The notes under the pieces were generated by a model, which saw nothing but the letters and a program-made list of their open reading frames with translations, did not search any database and was not told where the DNA came from. From an uncultured Massilia sp. (GTDB lineage Bacteria; Pseudomonadota; Gammaproteobacteria; Burkholderiales; Burkholderiaceae_D): 64,000 nt of DNA. Shown piece by piece: positions 29,840 through 40,649 of this stretch (positions are counted from its first letter, which is position 1; every line of letters starts with the position of its first letter). The stretch is taken from the NCBI GenBank assembly GCA_963529995.1, contig CAUSCY010000008.1, positions 26,933 to 90,932 on the forward strand, written 5' to 3'. The translations under genes and the position numbers were made by a program.

Positions 29840-30077
29840 GTCCATTTTTTCGGCCGGGGGTAGCGGATCGCCCGGCGGGGCGGACGGGACGCTTCGCTTG
29901 CGTGCCGTCGTCGATATGGTAGAGGGGCTTCGCCGTCTGTACGGCTGGCGGTCCCTGTGCACGAGGACGACCATCGTTTCTTCTCTTCTTCGCCGGTGCC
30001 CGCTTCAAGCGGTGGCGCGGCGGACCTGCTTTCTGCTTCTTTCCTGCTTCTTTACTGCTTCTGCCTGCCTGCGACGA

Positions 30078-30272
30078 TTACAGCGCGGCCTTCTCGGCGG
30101 CGGTCAGGCGCTTGGCCACGACTTTCACGACGGCGGTCTGCTGGCCTTCGATCGCCACCTGGGCGTCGTAGCGCACCTGCTTCACTTCTCCTGCGGCGTT
30201 CGCGTAGCTGGTGCCGGCAACGATGACGGCGGCGGCGAGGAAGATCGCTTCCATGTGCTTGAGGACGTTCAT
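30078..30272 (-). CDS. small secreted protein (64 aa, signal peptide plus 38-aa mature part), copy 1
   Basis: AAGGAG SD. MNVLKHMEAIFLAAAVIVAGTSYANA signal. The paralogue comparison shows 16 synonymous versus 6 non-synonymous codon differences. Confidence 0.65.
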   Translation of the reverse strand: MNVLKHMEAIFLAAAVIVAGTSYANAAGEVKQVRYDAQVAIEGQQTAVVKVVAKRLTAAEKAAL

Positions 30273-30304
30273 GTCGTTTCTCCTTGAGGTTCGATTGATG
30301 TCGA

Positions 30305-30499
30305 TCAGATAGCGGCTTTTTCTTCAGCGCTCAGGCGTTTCGCGCTGACCTTGACGACGGCCGTCTGCTGGCCTTCGATCGACACCTGGGCGTCGTAGCG
30401 CACCTGCTTCACTGCGCCGGCGGCATTTGCGTAGCTGGTGCCGGCGACGATCACGGCGGCGGCGAGGAAGATGGCTTCCATGTGCTTGAGGACGTTCAT
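30305..30499 (-). CDS. small secreted protein, copy 2
   Basis: AAGGAG SD. 58 of 64 residues identical to copy 1. Confidence 0.65.
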   Translation of the reverse strand: MNVLKHMEAIFLAAAVIVAGTSYANAAGAVKQVRYDAQVSIEGQQTAVVKVSAKRLSAEEKAAI

Positions 30500-30750
30500 T
30501 TTGCTTCTCCTTCGGTGGTTGGTTGGGGTTCAAATCGTGTTTCGATGGTGTCACTGTAGGCGTTCCGCCCTTCTCCTTCCATCGAACTGCGACGAACTGC
30601 AAAAAACGCGGGATGGAAGCGCGAAAAGCCGGAATATGCGTTGCCATGGCCGCGTTCGCGGCGCCGGACGGCCTTGCGCACGCATGAGCACGCTCAAGGG
30701 CGGCCCCTGGCGTGCTGGCGATACTCGCCCTTGGCATGCACGGAGGCGCG

Positions 30751-31533
30751 ATGAGACGGCGGGAATACTTGGAAACAGGGGCGGCTGGAGCGGTGGCGGC
30801 ACGCGCGCCGACGGACGCGGACGCGACCGCGGTGGCGGGCTGGAACGCGGCGGCACTGGCGGCGCTCCGCGCGGAGCGCCTGGACGCGGCGCAGGCCGCT
30901 CGCACGCTGGCCGCCCTGCACACCAGCATGTACAACGCATGGGCCGCCTACGACGACGATGCGCGCCAGACCGTGCACGGCATCGGGGTACGCCTGCCGC
31001 GCGCCGCGCGCGACGCCGCCAGCCAGGCCGCCGCCATGCACCATGCGGCATGGGTACTGCTGACCGCGCGCCTGCCGGCCCGGCGCGCGCTGTTCGATGC
31101 GCACATGGCCACCTGCGGCAGCGGCGTCGACGGTGATGACTCACCGTTCAGCCCGGCCGGCATCGGTCGGACGCAGGCCTTATCGATGCTCGATGCGAAC
31201 CCGGCAACCCCGTTCGCCGCCCTGCCCGGCGGCATCGCGGCGGCGCCGGGCCTGCCCGACGACGCCACGCTGGCGCGCTGCTGGGCGCAAGCGGTCCGGG
31301 CGTCGGCGTCCGGCCGCAGCGGAGACAGCCAGGACGTGCTGCTGTACATGGTGCTGGCGCATGCGCTGGCGGATGCGGGTGGTGCCGGCGCGAGCGCGGC
31401 GGCCGAGGTATTGCGGCGGTTCGGGGTGGCGCGGCGCGACGGGCTCCTGCAGGGGCAGGCGGACGCGCTGGGAAGGGAGATCGGCGCGCGCGTGTTCGAC
31501 AAGGCGCGCTGGTATCGGCTAGGGAAGCTGTGA
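30751..31533 (+). CDS. Tat-signal protein resembling a shortened, catalytically degenerate PAP2/vanadium-haloperoxidase-like protein
   Basis: MRRREYLETGAAGAVAA twin-arginine signal. WNAAALAALR...ARTLAALHTSMYNAWAAYDD matches the N-terminal helical region of that family as I recall it. High GC3 in this frame. Confidence 0.55.
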   Translation: MRRREYLETGAAGAVAARAPTDADATAVAGWNAAALAALRAERLDAAQAARTLAALHTSMYNAWAAYDDDARQTVHGIGVRLPRAARDAASQAAAMHHAAWVLLTARLPARRALFDAHMATCGSGVDGDDSPFSPAGIGRTQALSMLDANPATPFAALPGGIAAAPGLPDDATLARCWAQAVRASASGRSGDSQDVLLYMVLAHALADAGGAGASAAAEVLRRFGVARRDGLLQGQADALGREIGARVFDKARWYRLGKL

Positions 31534-31546
31534 CGGCTCCACTGGA

Positions 31547-31579
31547 AGAAATTGGGTCCCTGCCTGCGCAGGGACGACG
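31547..31579. repeat. solo arm of the family B element
   Basis: GAAATTGGGTCCCTGCCTGCGCAGGGACGACG with no partner arm nearby. Confidence 0.6.
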
Positions 31580-31589
31580 CGCCAATTAT

Positions 31590-32372
31590 TTACTTCTGCA
31601 CGGGTTTCAGCATATTGGCCAGCGCGACGTACTGCTCCAGCCCCACCGCCTCGGGACGCGCGCCCGGATCGATGCCGGCATCGACCAGCTGCTGCTCGGT
31701 GAACATGCCGGCCACGCAATTGCGGATCACCTTGCGGCGCTGCGAGAAGGCCTTGGCGACGACGGCTTCCAGCGTGGCGGCGTCGGCCGGCAGCTGGCGG
31801 CGCGTCGGCACCATGCGCACGATCGCCGAATCGACCTGCGGCGGCGGATCGAAGGCGGTGGGCGGCACCACGAACAGCATCGCCATGTCGTAACGCCACT
31901 GCAGCATCACGGACAGGCGGCTGTAGGCCTTGGTGCCCGGCTCGGCCACCATGCGCTCCACCACTTCCTTCTGCAGCATGAAGTGCTGGTCCTCGACCAG
32001 GTGGGCAAAGTCCGCCAGGTGGAACAGCAGCGGGCTCGAGATGTTGTACGGCAGGTTGCCGACCACGCGCAGCTTCTTCCCTTCCGGGACGGGAATGCTG
32101 CCGAAGTCGAATTTCAAGGCATCGCCCGAGTGGATGGTCAGGCGTTCGCGCGGATAGGCTTTTTCCAGGCGCGCCACCAGGTCGCGGTCCAGCTCGACCA
32201 CGTGCATGTGGTCGAGCTCCTTGAGCAGCAGCGCGGTCATCGCGGCCAGGCCGGGTCCGATCTCGACCATGGTGTCGCCGCGGCGCGGGCCGATGCCGTC
32301 GATGATGTCGCTCAGGACGTGGGCATCGGTCAGGAAGTTCTGGCCGAAGCGTTTGCGGGCTACGTGTTTCAT
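31590..32372 (-). CDS. rsmA: 16S rRNA (adenine1518/1519-N6)-dimethyltransferase
   Basis: [31 protein letters not shown]. Confidence 0.95.
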   Translation of the reverse strand: MKHVARKRFGQNFLTDAHVLSDIIDGIGPRRGDTMVEIGPGLAAMTALLLKELDHMHVVELDRDLVARLEKAYPRERLTIHSGDALKFDFGSIPVPEGKKLRVVGNLPYNISSPLLFHLADFAHLVEDQHFMLQKEVVERMVAEPGTKAYSRLSVMLQWRYDMAMLFVVPPTAFDPPPQVDSAIVRMVPTRRQLPADAATLEAVVAKAFSQRRKVIRNCVAGMFTEQQLVDAGIDPGARPEAVGLEQYVALANMLKPVQK

Positions 32373-32411
32373 GATTGATCTGATAAGTGGGAGCCCCGTC
32401 CGGGGCCCGGG

Positions 32412-33452
32412 TCAGGCCGCGGCGCGTTGCGCCAGGACCATCGAGACGGCGACGCGGATCGCCTCTTCCATGCTGCCGGCATCGGCCAGGCCCAGTCCCT
32501 GCGCGGCCAGGTCGAGCGCCGTGCCGTGGTCGACCGAGGTGCGGATCAGCGGCAGGCCGAGGGTGATGTTGACGCCGCGTCCGAACGTGGCGTGCTTGAG
32601 CACGGGCAGGCCCTGGTCGTGGTACATGGCCAGCACGGCGTCGGCGTCCTGCAGGTATTTTTGCTGGAACAGCGTGTCGGCCGGATACGGGCCGCGTGCG
32701 TCGATGCCACGCGCGCGCGCGTCTTCCAGCACCGGCGCGATGACATCGATTTCCTCGCGCCCCAGGTAGCCGTTCTCCCCCGCATGCGGGTTCAGGCCCG
32801 TCACCAGGATGCGCGGCGACGCGATGCCGCACTTGGTCTTCAGGTCGGCGTACAGGATGTCCAGCACCCGCGCGAGACCGTCCTTCGTGATCGCGGCCGG
32901 CACGTCCTTCAGCGCCAGGTGGGTGGTGGCCAGCGCCACCCGCAAGTACGGTTGTCCGTCGCCCGGCGCACCGGCCAGCATCATGACGACCTTGTCGGTG
33001 CCCGTCTTGTCGGCCAGGTATTCGGTGTGGCCGGAAAACGCGATGCCGGCATCGTTGATGGTGCTCTTCTGCAGCGGCGCCGTGACGATGGCGTCGAACC
33101 AGCCGGCGCCCACGCCCTCGACGGCCAGGTCCAGCGTGGCCAGCACGGCGCGGCCGTTGGCGGCATCGAGCCGGCCCGGCACCACGTGGGCGTCGAGCGG
33201 GACGTCGACGACGGCAATCGTGTCCGGCCCGAAGTGCGGCAGGCCGCTGTGGCGCAGCGCCAGCCGCGAGATGCCGGACAGGCGGATGGCCGGGTCGATC
33301 AGGCTGGCCGTCAGCGCCAGGAAGGCGGCGTCGCCGACCAGCACGCAGCGGGCCGACCCGCGCAGCGCCCAGGCGGCGCGGATCGCGATGTCCGGGCCGA
33401 TGCCGGCCGGTTCGCCGACCGTGACGGCCAGCACGGGACGCGCATCGGCCAT
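32412..33452 (-). CDS. pdxA: 4-hydroxythreonine-4-phosphate dehydrogenase
   Basis: [30 protein letters not shown]. Confidence 0.95.
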   Translation of the reverse strand: MADARPVLAVTVGEPAGIGPDIAIRAAWALRGSARCVLVGDAAFLALTASLIDPAIRLSGISRLALRHSGLPHFGPDTIAVVDVPLDAHVVPGRLDAANGRAVLATLDLAVEGVGAGWFDAIVTAPLQKSTINDAGIAFSGHTEYLADKTGTDKVVMMLAGAPGDGQPYLRVALATTHLALKDVPAAITKDGLARVLDILYADLKTKCGIASPRILVTGLNPHAGENGYLGREEIDVIAPVLEDARARGIDARGPYPADTLFQQKYLQDADAVLAMYHDQGLPVLKHATFGRGVNITLGLPLIRTSVDHGTALDLAAQGLGLADAGSMEEAIRVAVSMVLAQRAAA

Positions 33453-33456
33453 GATC

Positions 33457-34959
33457 TTATTGCTCCTCGCGGAACTCGACGTAGGCGCGGTCGCGGATCT
33501 GGCGGCTCCAGTCTTCCAGCGCTTCGTTGCGCTTGCGGTCGGTCAGGACCTGGCGCGCCATCGAACGCTCGCGGTCCTTCGACGTGTCTTCGCTCTTGCG
33601 TTCCAGGACCTGGATCAGGTGGAAGCCGAACGGGGTCTGGATCACGTCGGAGACGTCGCCGATCTTCAGCGCGTTCATCGGATTCTCGAACTCGGGCAGC
33701 GCGTCGCCCGGTGCCAGCCAGCCCAGGTCGCCGCCCTTCGATGCCGAGCCGTCGGCCGAGAACTGGCGCGCCGCGTCTTCGAAAGTGATCTGCTTGCTGT
33801 CGATCCTGGCCTTGAGGTCGGCCAGCTTCTTCTTGGCCTCGTCCGCCGTCAGCGTCGGGGTGACCTTCAACAGGATGTGGCGCGCGTGGGTCTGCTGGAC
33901 CACGGCCTCGCCCTGCGGCTGCTGCGGCGCCTGCTTGCGCACGTCGGCCATCTTGAGGATGTGGAAGCCGACGTTGGTGCGCAGCACCGGCGTCACCTGG
34001 CCGGGCTTCAGCTTGTGCAGCTCGGTGGCGAACAGCGGCGGCAGGCGGTCCGGGTCGCGCCAGCCGATCTCGCCGCCCTTCAGGGCGTCCGGCGCATCGG
34101 AATAGGTAGCGGCCATCTTGGCGAAGTCGGCGCCCGTGCGCAGCTGGCGCGCCACCTCGTCGGCGCGCGCCTTGCGGGCGGCGATCTGTTCGGGCGAGGC
34201 GTTTTCCGGGATGCGCACGAGGATCTGCGAGATGTTCATCTCGACGCGATCGGCGGCGGCGGCCTTCTCGGCGGCCAGGTAGGTGTCGATCTCGGCTTCC
34301 GACACCTGCAGCTTGCTGTCGACCTCGTGGTCGACCAGGCGCTGCATCATGATCTCGTTGCGGATCTGTTCGCGGAACGCGGGGAAGGTCATGCCCTCCT
34401 TTTCCATCGCGTTGCGCATGTCCTGCACGCTCATCTTCTGGTTCTCGGCGATGCGGCCGATGGCGCGATCGAGTTCGGTATCGCCCACGCGCACGCCCAT
34501 TTCCTTGGCCAGCTGCAGCTGGGCGCGTTCGGTGATCATCGCTTCCACGACCTGGCGGCGCAGGTCGTCCGCAGCCGGCAGCTGGGCCTGCTGGGCCTGC
34601 AGGCGCTGGGTGATCTCGCCCACGCGCTGGTCGACTTCGCGCTTGGTGATGACTTCGTCGTTGACGATCACGTAGACCGAGTCGATGACCTTGGCGCTGC
34701 TCGATGCCGGCGGCAGGAATCCCGTGTTCGGCTTGGCTGCCGCGGCCGCAGGGGCCTGGGCCGGCGCTGCCGCGGGTGCCTGGGCCGGAGCCGCCGCAGG
34801 TGCTTGGGCCGGAGCCGCCGCTCCGGGAGCGGCGGGCGCCGCAGCCTGGGCCAGGGCGTTGCCGGTCGCGAGGGCGCACAGCAGCACCGCTGCCAGTTTG
34901 GTTTGGCGCAGGCGTGCTGCTTGAATACTGGTGGAACGCATAGTCAGGGAAGCACTCAT
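33457..34959 (-). CDS. surA: periplasmic chaperone / peptidyl-prolyl isomerase SurA
   Basis: Signal peptide, SurA N-domain, two parvulin domains (...GFHILK..., ...GFHLIQVLE). Conserved lptD-surA-pdxA-rsmA order. Confidence 0.9.
   Translation of the reverse strand: MSASLTMRSTSIQAARLRQTKLAAVLLCALATGNALAQAAAPAAPGAAAPAQAPAAAPAQAPAAAPAQAPAAAAAKPNTGFLPPASSSAKVIDSVYVIVNDEVITKREVDQRVGEITQRLQAQQAQLPAADDLRRQVVEAMITERAQLQLAKEMGVRVGDTELDRAIGRIAENQKMSVQDMRNAMEKEGMTFPAFREQIRNEIMMQRLVDHEVDSKLQVSEAEIDTYLAAEKAAAADRVEMNISQILVRIPENASPEQIAARKARADEVARQLRTGADFAKMAATYSDAPDALKGGEIGWRDPDRLPPLFATELHKLKPGQVTPVLRTNVGFHILKMADVRKQAPQQPQGEAVVQQTHARHILLKVTPTLTADEAKKKLADLKARIDSKQITFEDAARQFSADGSASKGGDLGWLAPGDALPEFENPMNALKIGDVSDVIQTPFGFHLIQVLERKSEDTSKDRERSMARQVLTDRKRNEALEDWSRQIRDRAYVEFREEQ
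34745..34816. repeat. 3 x 24-nt tandem repeat inside surA (encodes AQAPAAAP units)
   Basis: GCCGCAGGGGCCTGGGCCGGCGCT / GCCGCGGGTGCCTGGGCCGGAGCC / GCCGCAGGTGCTTGGGCCGGAGCC. Confidence 0.8.
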
Positions 34960-34986
34960 TTCAGGTTTCTAGTTAGCCAATCCGCC

Positions 34987-37410
34987 TCAGGGGCGGCCGA
35001 CATTGGTGTTCAGCCGGGTATAGCCGGCGACGCTCTTGTTGAAGGTTTCCAGCGGGTTGCCGAAGCCCAGGCGCGACAGGCCGTTCAGCTCGATCTGGAA
35101 GAAGATCGGCGTCGACACGGACTGCGATGCCGTCACGAAGCGCTGCGCGCCCATCCGGAACACCCAGCAATCGGCCTTGTACTCCAGGCCCAGCAGGCCT
35201 TCGAGCAGCTGGCGGTCGCGCACCGAGTAGCTGACCCGGCTCACGCCGTACCAGCGCCGGCCCAGCGGCCACTGTGCGGAAACGTCGACGTTGCGGAAAC
35301 CGTTGACGAGGCCCGACGTATCGCGCTGGAAGCGGTACTCCAGGTTCAGCACCTTCATCGGCGCCGGCGCGAACTGCACGCCGAAGTTCGAGCTGTACAG
35401 GCTGCGCTGCTGCGCATCGTATTGTACGCCGCTGTCGAAGCTCCAGGTCTCGGAAATGCGGCCGGAGGCGGCCAGCAGCGCATCCGAACGCTTCTGGTTG
35501 CGCGCTTCGCTGGCGTCCAGGCGTACTTCCGGATCGCTGAAATAGTAGCGGCTGCCGACGGCCATGCGCAGGCGCTCGATGCCGTTGCTCTCGATGAAGC
35601 GCGAGACGATCGCGGCGGTCAGCTGGTTCGCGTCGGACACCTTGTCGGCGCCGACGAAGCGGTTCTCGGTGAACAGCTGGGCGTAGTTGAAGCCGGCCAC
35701 GCCGGTATCGAAGTTCGGGATGTCGCTCTGGTCGCGGTACGGCGTGCGCACGTAGAACAGGCGCGGTTCCAGCGTCTGGGTGGCTTCGCGTCCGAAGAAC
35801 GAGGCTTCGCGCTCGAAGATCAGGCCCGAGTCCAGCGACACCGTCGGCAACGTGCGGTTGATCTGGCGCACGGCGTCGGGGGCGTTCGGATTGCGGTCCA
35901 GGTCGTAGCGCGTGGCATGCATCATGACCTTGGGCGTGAAGAACCAGCCCGGGCGCACGATCGGATAGCTGATCTGGCCCACCAGGTTGGCGCGGTTGCC
36001 CTGCACCTGCGTCGGATCGGGGTGCGAGAAACGCACCAGCTCGGAATCGATCGACCAGTCGAAGCCGCCCAGCACGTCGTAGCGGCCGGCGTGCAGGTTA
36101 ATCTGCGGCAGGCGGTCGTAGGGGCGCGGCACCGTCAGCGCCGGATTCTCGGCCGCGCCCGGATCCTGCAGCACCTGGTAGCTCTGCACGCGCGCGGTCA
36201 CGCTCCAGTATTCGTTGCCGTAATCGGTGCGCAGTTCGCGCAGCAGCTGGCGCTCGGCGCTGGCGGCCACCGTGCGCGAGAAGTCGGACGGGTATTCGTT
36301 GTCGGACGCCGCGTGCGCGTTCCAGCCGAAGGTCCAGCCCGGCGCCAGCGCCTGGCTGTGCATCGTGTCGATCCACCAGCGGTTGCGGTGCACGAAGCGT
36401 TCGCCCGGCGGTTCGCCCTCGACGGTGGACGGCACTTCCTCGCGGTAGGCCTGGCCGTCATGCGGCAGCACCTCGATGTGGGTCTCGCCCTTGTACGCGC
36501 CGCGCTCGGTCTCGCCGATATAGCGGCCCGTCGCGCCCAGCTGCAGGCCGCGGTTGAAGATCACGCGCGGGTACACGGTCAGGTCGCGGTTCGGCGCGAT
36601 GTTGAAGTAGTACGGCACCATCACCTCGCCCGAACCCTTCGAGCCCGAGCCGATGGTCGGCGGCAGCCAGCCGGAACGGCGCGCGCCCGACAGCGAGAAC
36701 GACAGCGCAGGCGTGCCCAGGATCGGCACGTCCTTGAAGTAGATCATGGTCTTGCCGGCGGTACCGATGTCGCGGCCCTGGTCCAGGCGCAGGGTGCTCG
36801 ACTTCAGGTACCAGTCCGGGTCCGGGCCTTCGCAGGTCGAATAGGTGCCGTCCTGCACCAGCGCCTGGTCCTCGCCGAGGAAGTCGATGCGCCGGGCCGT
36901 GCCCTGGCCGTTGTTCATCGCCAGGTGGTAGGACGGGTTCGTGACCCAGCCCTTGCCCGTTTCCAGGTTCAGTTGCAGCGCATCGCCCTTGTAGCGGTCG
37001 CCGAAGCGCCACATATTGATATTGCCCTCGGCCGTGACCTCGTCCTCGACGCGCCGGTAACAGGCGGTGTCGGCCGTGATGCCGGTGGCGCCGCGCGTGA
37101 TCTCCACGTTGCGGTACAGGTTCAGTTCGCGGTCGGGGCGGCCGGTCAGCTCCTCGGCACGCATGGTGACGGGAAGCTCCTGCTCGTCGGCGCGCGTGGT
37201 CGCCCCGGCCGGCGCGGCGGCGGGTGTGGCAGACCCGGCAGCAGTATCGGCAGGCGCGACAGTGGACGAGACCGCGCCGGCCGGCGCAGCGGATGCGGCC
37301 GGCTCAGGCGGCGTCGTCTGTGCGTACAGCGGCCCCGAGGCCACGGCGACGAAGGCGGACAAGGCGGCAGCTCGCCGCGACGGGAATGGTAGGGCCGTTT
37401 TCCAGCTCAT
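34987..37410 (-). CDS. lptD: LPS-assembly protein LptD
   Basis: Signal peptide, OstA-like N-domain, large beta-barrel. Synteny with surA. Confidence 0.9.
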   Translation of the reverse strand: MSWKTALPFPSRRAAALSAFVAVASGPLYAQTTPPEPAASAAPAGAVSSTVAPADTAAGSATPAAAPAGATTRADEQELPVTMRAEELTGRPDRELNLYRNVEITRGATGITADTACYRRVEDEVTAEGNINMWRFGDRYKGDALQLNLETGKGWVTNPSYHLAMNNGQGTARRIDFLGEDQALVQDGTYSTCEGPDPDWYLKSSTLRLDQGRDIGTAGKTMIYFKDVPILGTPALSFSLSGARRSGWLPPTIGSGSKGSGEVMVPYYFNIAPNRDLTVYPRVIFNRGLQLGATGRYIGETERGAYKGETHIEVLPHDGQAYREEVPSTVEGEPPGERFVHRNRWWIDTMHSQALAPGWTFGWNAHAASDNEYPSDFSRTVAASAERQLLRELRTDYGNEYWSVTARVQSYQVLQDPGAAENPALTVPRPYDRLPQINLHAGRYDVLGGFDWSIDSELVRFSHPDPTQVQGNRANLVGQISYPIVRPGWFFTPKVMMHATRYDLDRNPNAPDAVRQINRTLPTVSLDSGLIFEREASFFGREATQTLEPRLFYVRTPYRDQSDIPNFDTGVAGFNYAQLFTENRFVGADKVSDANQLTAAIVSRFIESNGIERLRMAVGSRYYFSDPEVRLDASEARNQKRSDALLAASGRISETWSFDSGVQYDAQQRSLYSSNFGVQFAPAPMKVLNLEYRFQRDTSGLVNGFRNVDVSAQWPLGRRWYGVSRVSYSVRDRQLLEGLLGLEYKADCWVFRMGAQRFVTASQSVSTPIFFQIELNGLSRLGFGNPLETFNKSVAGYTRLNTNVGRP

Positions 37411-37504
37411 GGAAGATCGCGTTGCACCATAGAGGGCGATTTTTTGGATTTAATCCCTTATTATATGGGAATAATTTCACCAACTGGATTCCTCAGGACG
37501 CTTC

Positions 37505-38563
37505 ATGTCTTCTCCGTCTCAACACCTTCCCACCACGATCGACAAGGATGCCCGCCTGGCCCGCCTGACCGCATGGCTCGGCACCCTGGACCTCGTCGAC
37601 GTGGGAAGCCTGCGCCCTGCGTCGTCCGATGCCAGCTTCCGCCGTTACTTCCGCCTCGATGTTGTGCCGGCGCTACGCGCCAAGCTGGGCGACACCCTCA
37701 TTGCCATGGATGCCCCGCCCGAGCGCGAGAACGTGCCGGCCTTCATCCATGTCGACGGCCTGCTGTTCGATGCCGGCGTCACCGTGCCCGCCATCGCCGC
37801 GCGCGACGTCGACAACGGCTTCCTGCTGCTGTCCGACCTCGGCACCACCACCTATCTGCAGCGCCTCGACGCCGACAACGCGAACTTCATGTACTCGGAC
37901 GCCGTCGATGCCTTGATCAAGTTCCAGCTCGCCAGCCAGCCCGGCGTGCTGCCCGAGTTCGACCGCGCCTTCGTGCTGCGCGAACTGAACATCTTCCCCG
38001 AATGGTTCGTCGAACGCCACCTGGGCGTGACCATGGACGATACCCAGCGCGCGCAACTGGATAAAGTATTCGAGGCCATCGCGGCCAACGTGCTGGCGCA
38101 GCAGCAGGTGTTCATGCACCGCGATTTCCATTCCCGCAACCTGATGTTCCTCGACCAGGGCAACCCGGGCGTGCTGGATTTCCAGGATGCCGTCTACGGC
38201 CCCGTCACCTACGACCTGGCGTCGCTGCTGCGCGATGCCTACATCCAGTGGGACGAGGAATTCGTGCTCGACTGGGTGGTACGCTATTGGCAAAGTGCCA
38301 AGCAGGTCGGCCTGCCCGTGGATCCGGACATCGACGCCTTCTACCGCGACTTCGAATACATGGCCCTGCAGCGCCACCTGAAGATCCTCGGCATCTTCTG
38401 CCGCCTGAACTACCGCGACGGCAAGCCGATCTACATGGGCGACCTGCCGACCGTGATCGACTACGTGCGCAAGACGGCCAACCGCTATACCGACCTGAAA
38501 CCGCTCGCGCGCCTGCTCGATTCCTTCGAGGACAAGGCGCCCGCGGTCGGCTACACCTTCTGA
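37505..38563 (+). CDS. amgK: anomeric MurNAc/GlcNAc kinase (aminoglycoside phosphotransferase fold)
   Basis: FMHRDFHSRNLMF catalytic loop. Divergent from lptD and followed by murU, as in Pseudomonas. Confidence 0.75.
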   Translation: MSSPSQHLPTTIDKDARLARLTAWLGTLDLVDVGSLRPASSDASFRRYFRLDVVPALRAKLGDTLIAMDAPPERENVPAFIHVDGLLFDAGVTVPAIAARDVDNGFLLLSDLGTTTYLQRLDADNANFMYSDAVDALIKFQLASQPGVLPEFDRAFVLRELNIFPEWFVERHLGVTMDDTQRAQLDKVFEAIAANVLAQQQVFMHRDFHSRNLMFLDQGNPGVLDFQDAVYGPVTYDLASLLRDAYIQWDEEFVLDWVVRYWQSAKQVGLPVDPDIDAFYRDFEYMALQRHLKILGIFCRLNYRDGKPIYMGDLPTVIDYVRKTANRYTDLKPLARLLDSFEDKAPAVGYTF

Positions 38564-38582
38564 CGATCGCAGGAACGCCTCC

Positions 38583-39298
38583 ATGAAAGCCATGATCTTC
38601 GCCGCCGGCCGCGGCGAGCGGATGCGTCCGCTGACCGATACCTGTCCGAAACCCCTGCTGAAGGTGCGCGGCCGCCCGCTCATCGTCTGGCACGTCATCA
38701 ACCTGGTACGCGCCGGCATCAAGGACATCGTCATCAACCACTCCCACCTCGGCCACATGATCGAGGAGGAACTGGGCGACGGCAGCCGCTGGGGCGCGCG
38801 CATCGTCTATTCGCACGAGCCGACGCCGCTGGAAACGGCCGGCGGCATCGCCAACGCCCTGCACCTGCTGGGCGACGCACCCTTCCTGGCCGTCTCCGGG
38901 GACATCTACGCGCCCTACTTCGACTTCGAACAGGCACTCGATGCGCTCAAGGACACCGATGCGGTGGGCCAGCCCATCCCCCTCGAGAAGCGCGACATCG
39001 CCTGGCTGTACCTGACGCCGAACCCGTGGCACAACCCGGACGGCGACTTCGGCATGACGATGTACACCCTGAGCAACGACGGCGACCCGAAATGGAATTT
39101 CGCCGGCATCGGCGTGTATCGCCCGGAGATGTTCGATGGGATCAAGGCCGGCGAGTTCCTGAAATTCGGCCCGCTCATGCGCAAGTTCATCGACCAGGGC
39201 CGCGTCGGCGGAGAAATCTACGACGGCCAATGGGTCAACGTGGGCACCGTGCAGCAGCTCGAAGAACTGAACGCGCCGCCCAAGCCGGCGCAGAAAGC

Positions 39299-39302
<4 letters not shown>
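38583..39302 (+). CDS. murU: N-acetylmuramate alpha-1-phosphate uridylyltransferase
   Basis: MIFAAGRGERMRPLTDTCPKPLL nucleotidyltransferase N-terminus. Synteny with amgK. Confidence 0.75.
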
Positions 39303-40642
<1,340 letters not shown>

Positions 40643-40649
40643 GAATCGA

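Noticed and set aside
32809-37392. A 1527-aa uninterrupted ORF on the plus strand spanning 4.6 kb
   Set aside because: It is antisense to three well-supported genes (pdxA, surA, lptD). Its translation is low-complexity and R/A/G/D/V/H-rich with no recognisable domain. Long stop-free antisense frames are an expected by-product of strong GC3 codon bias.
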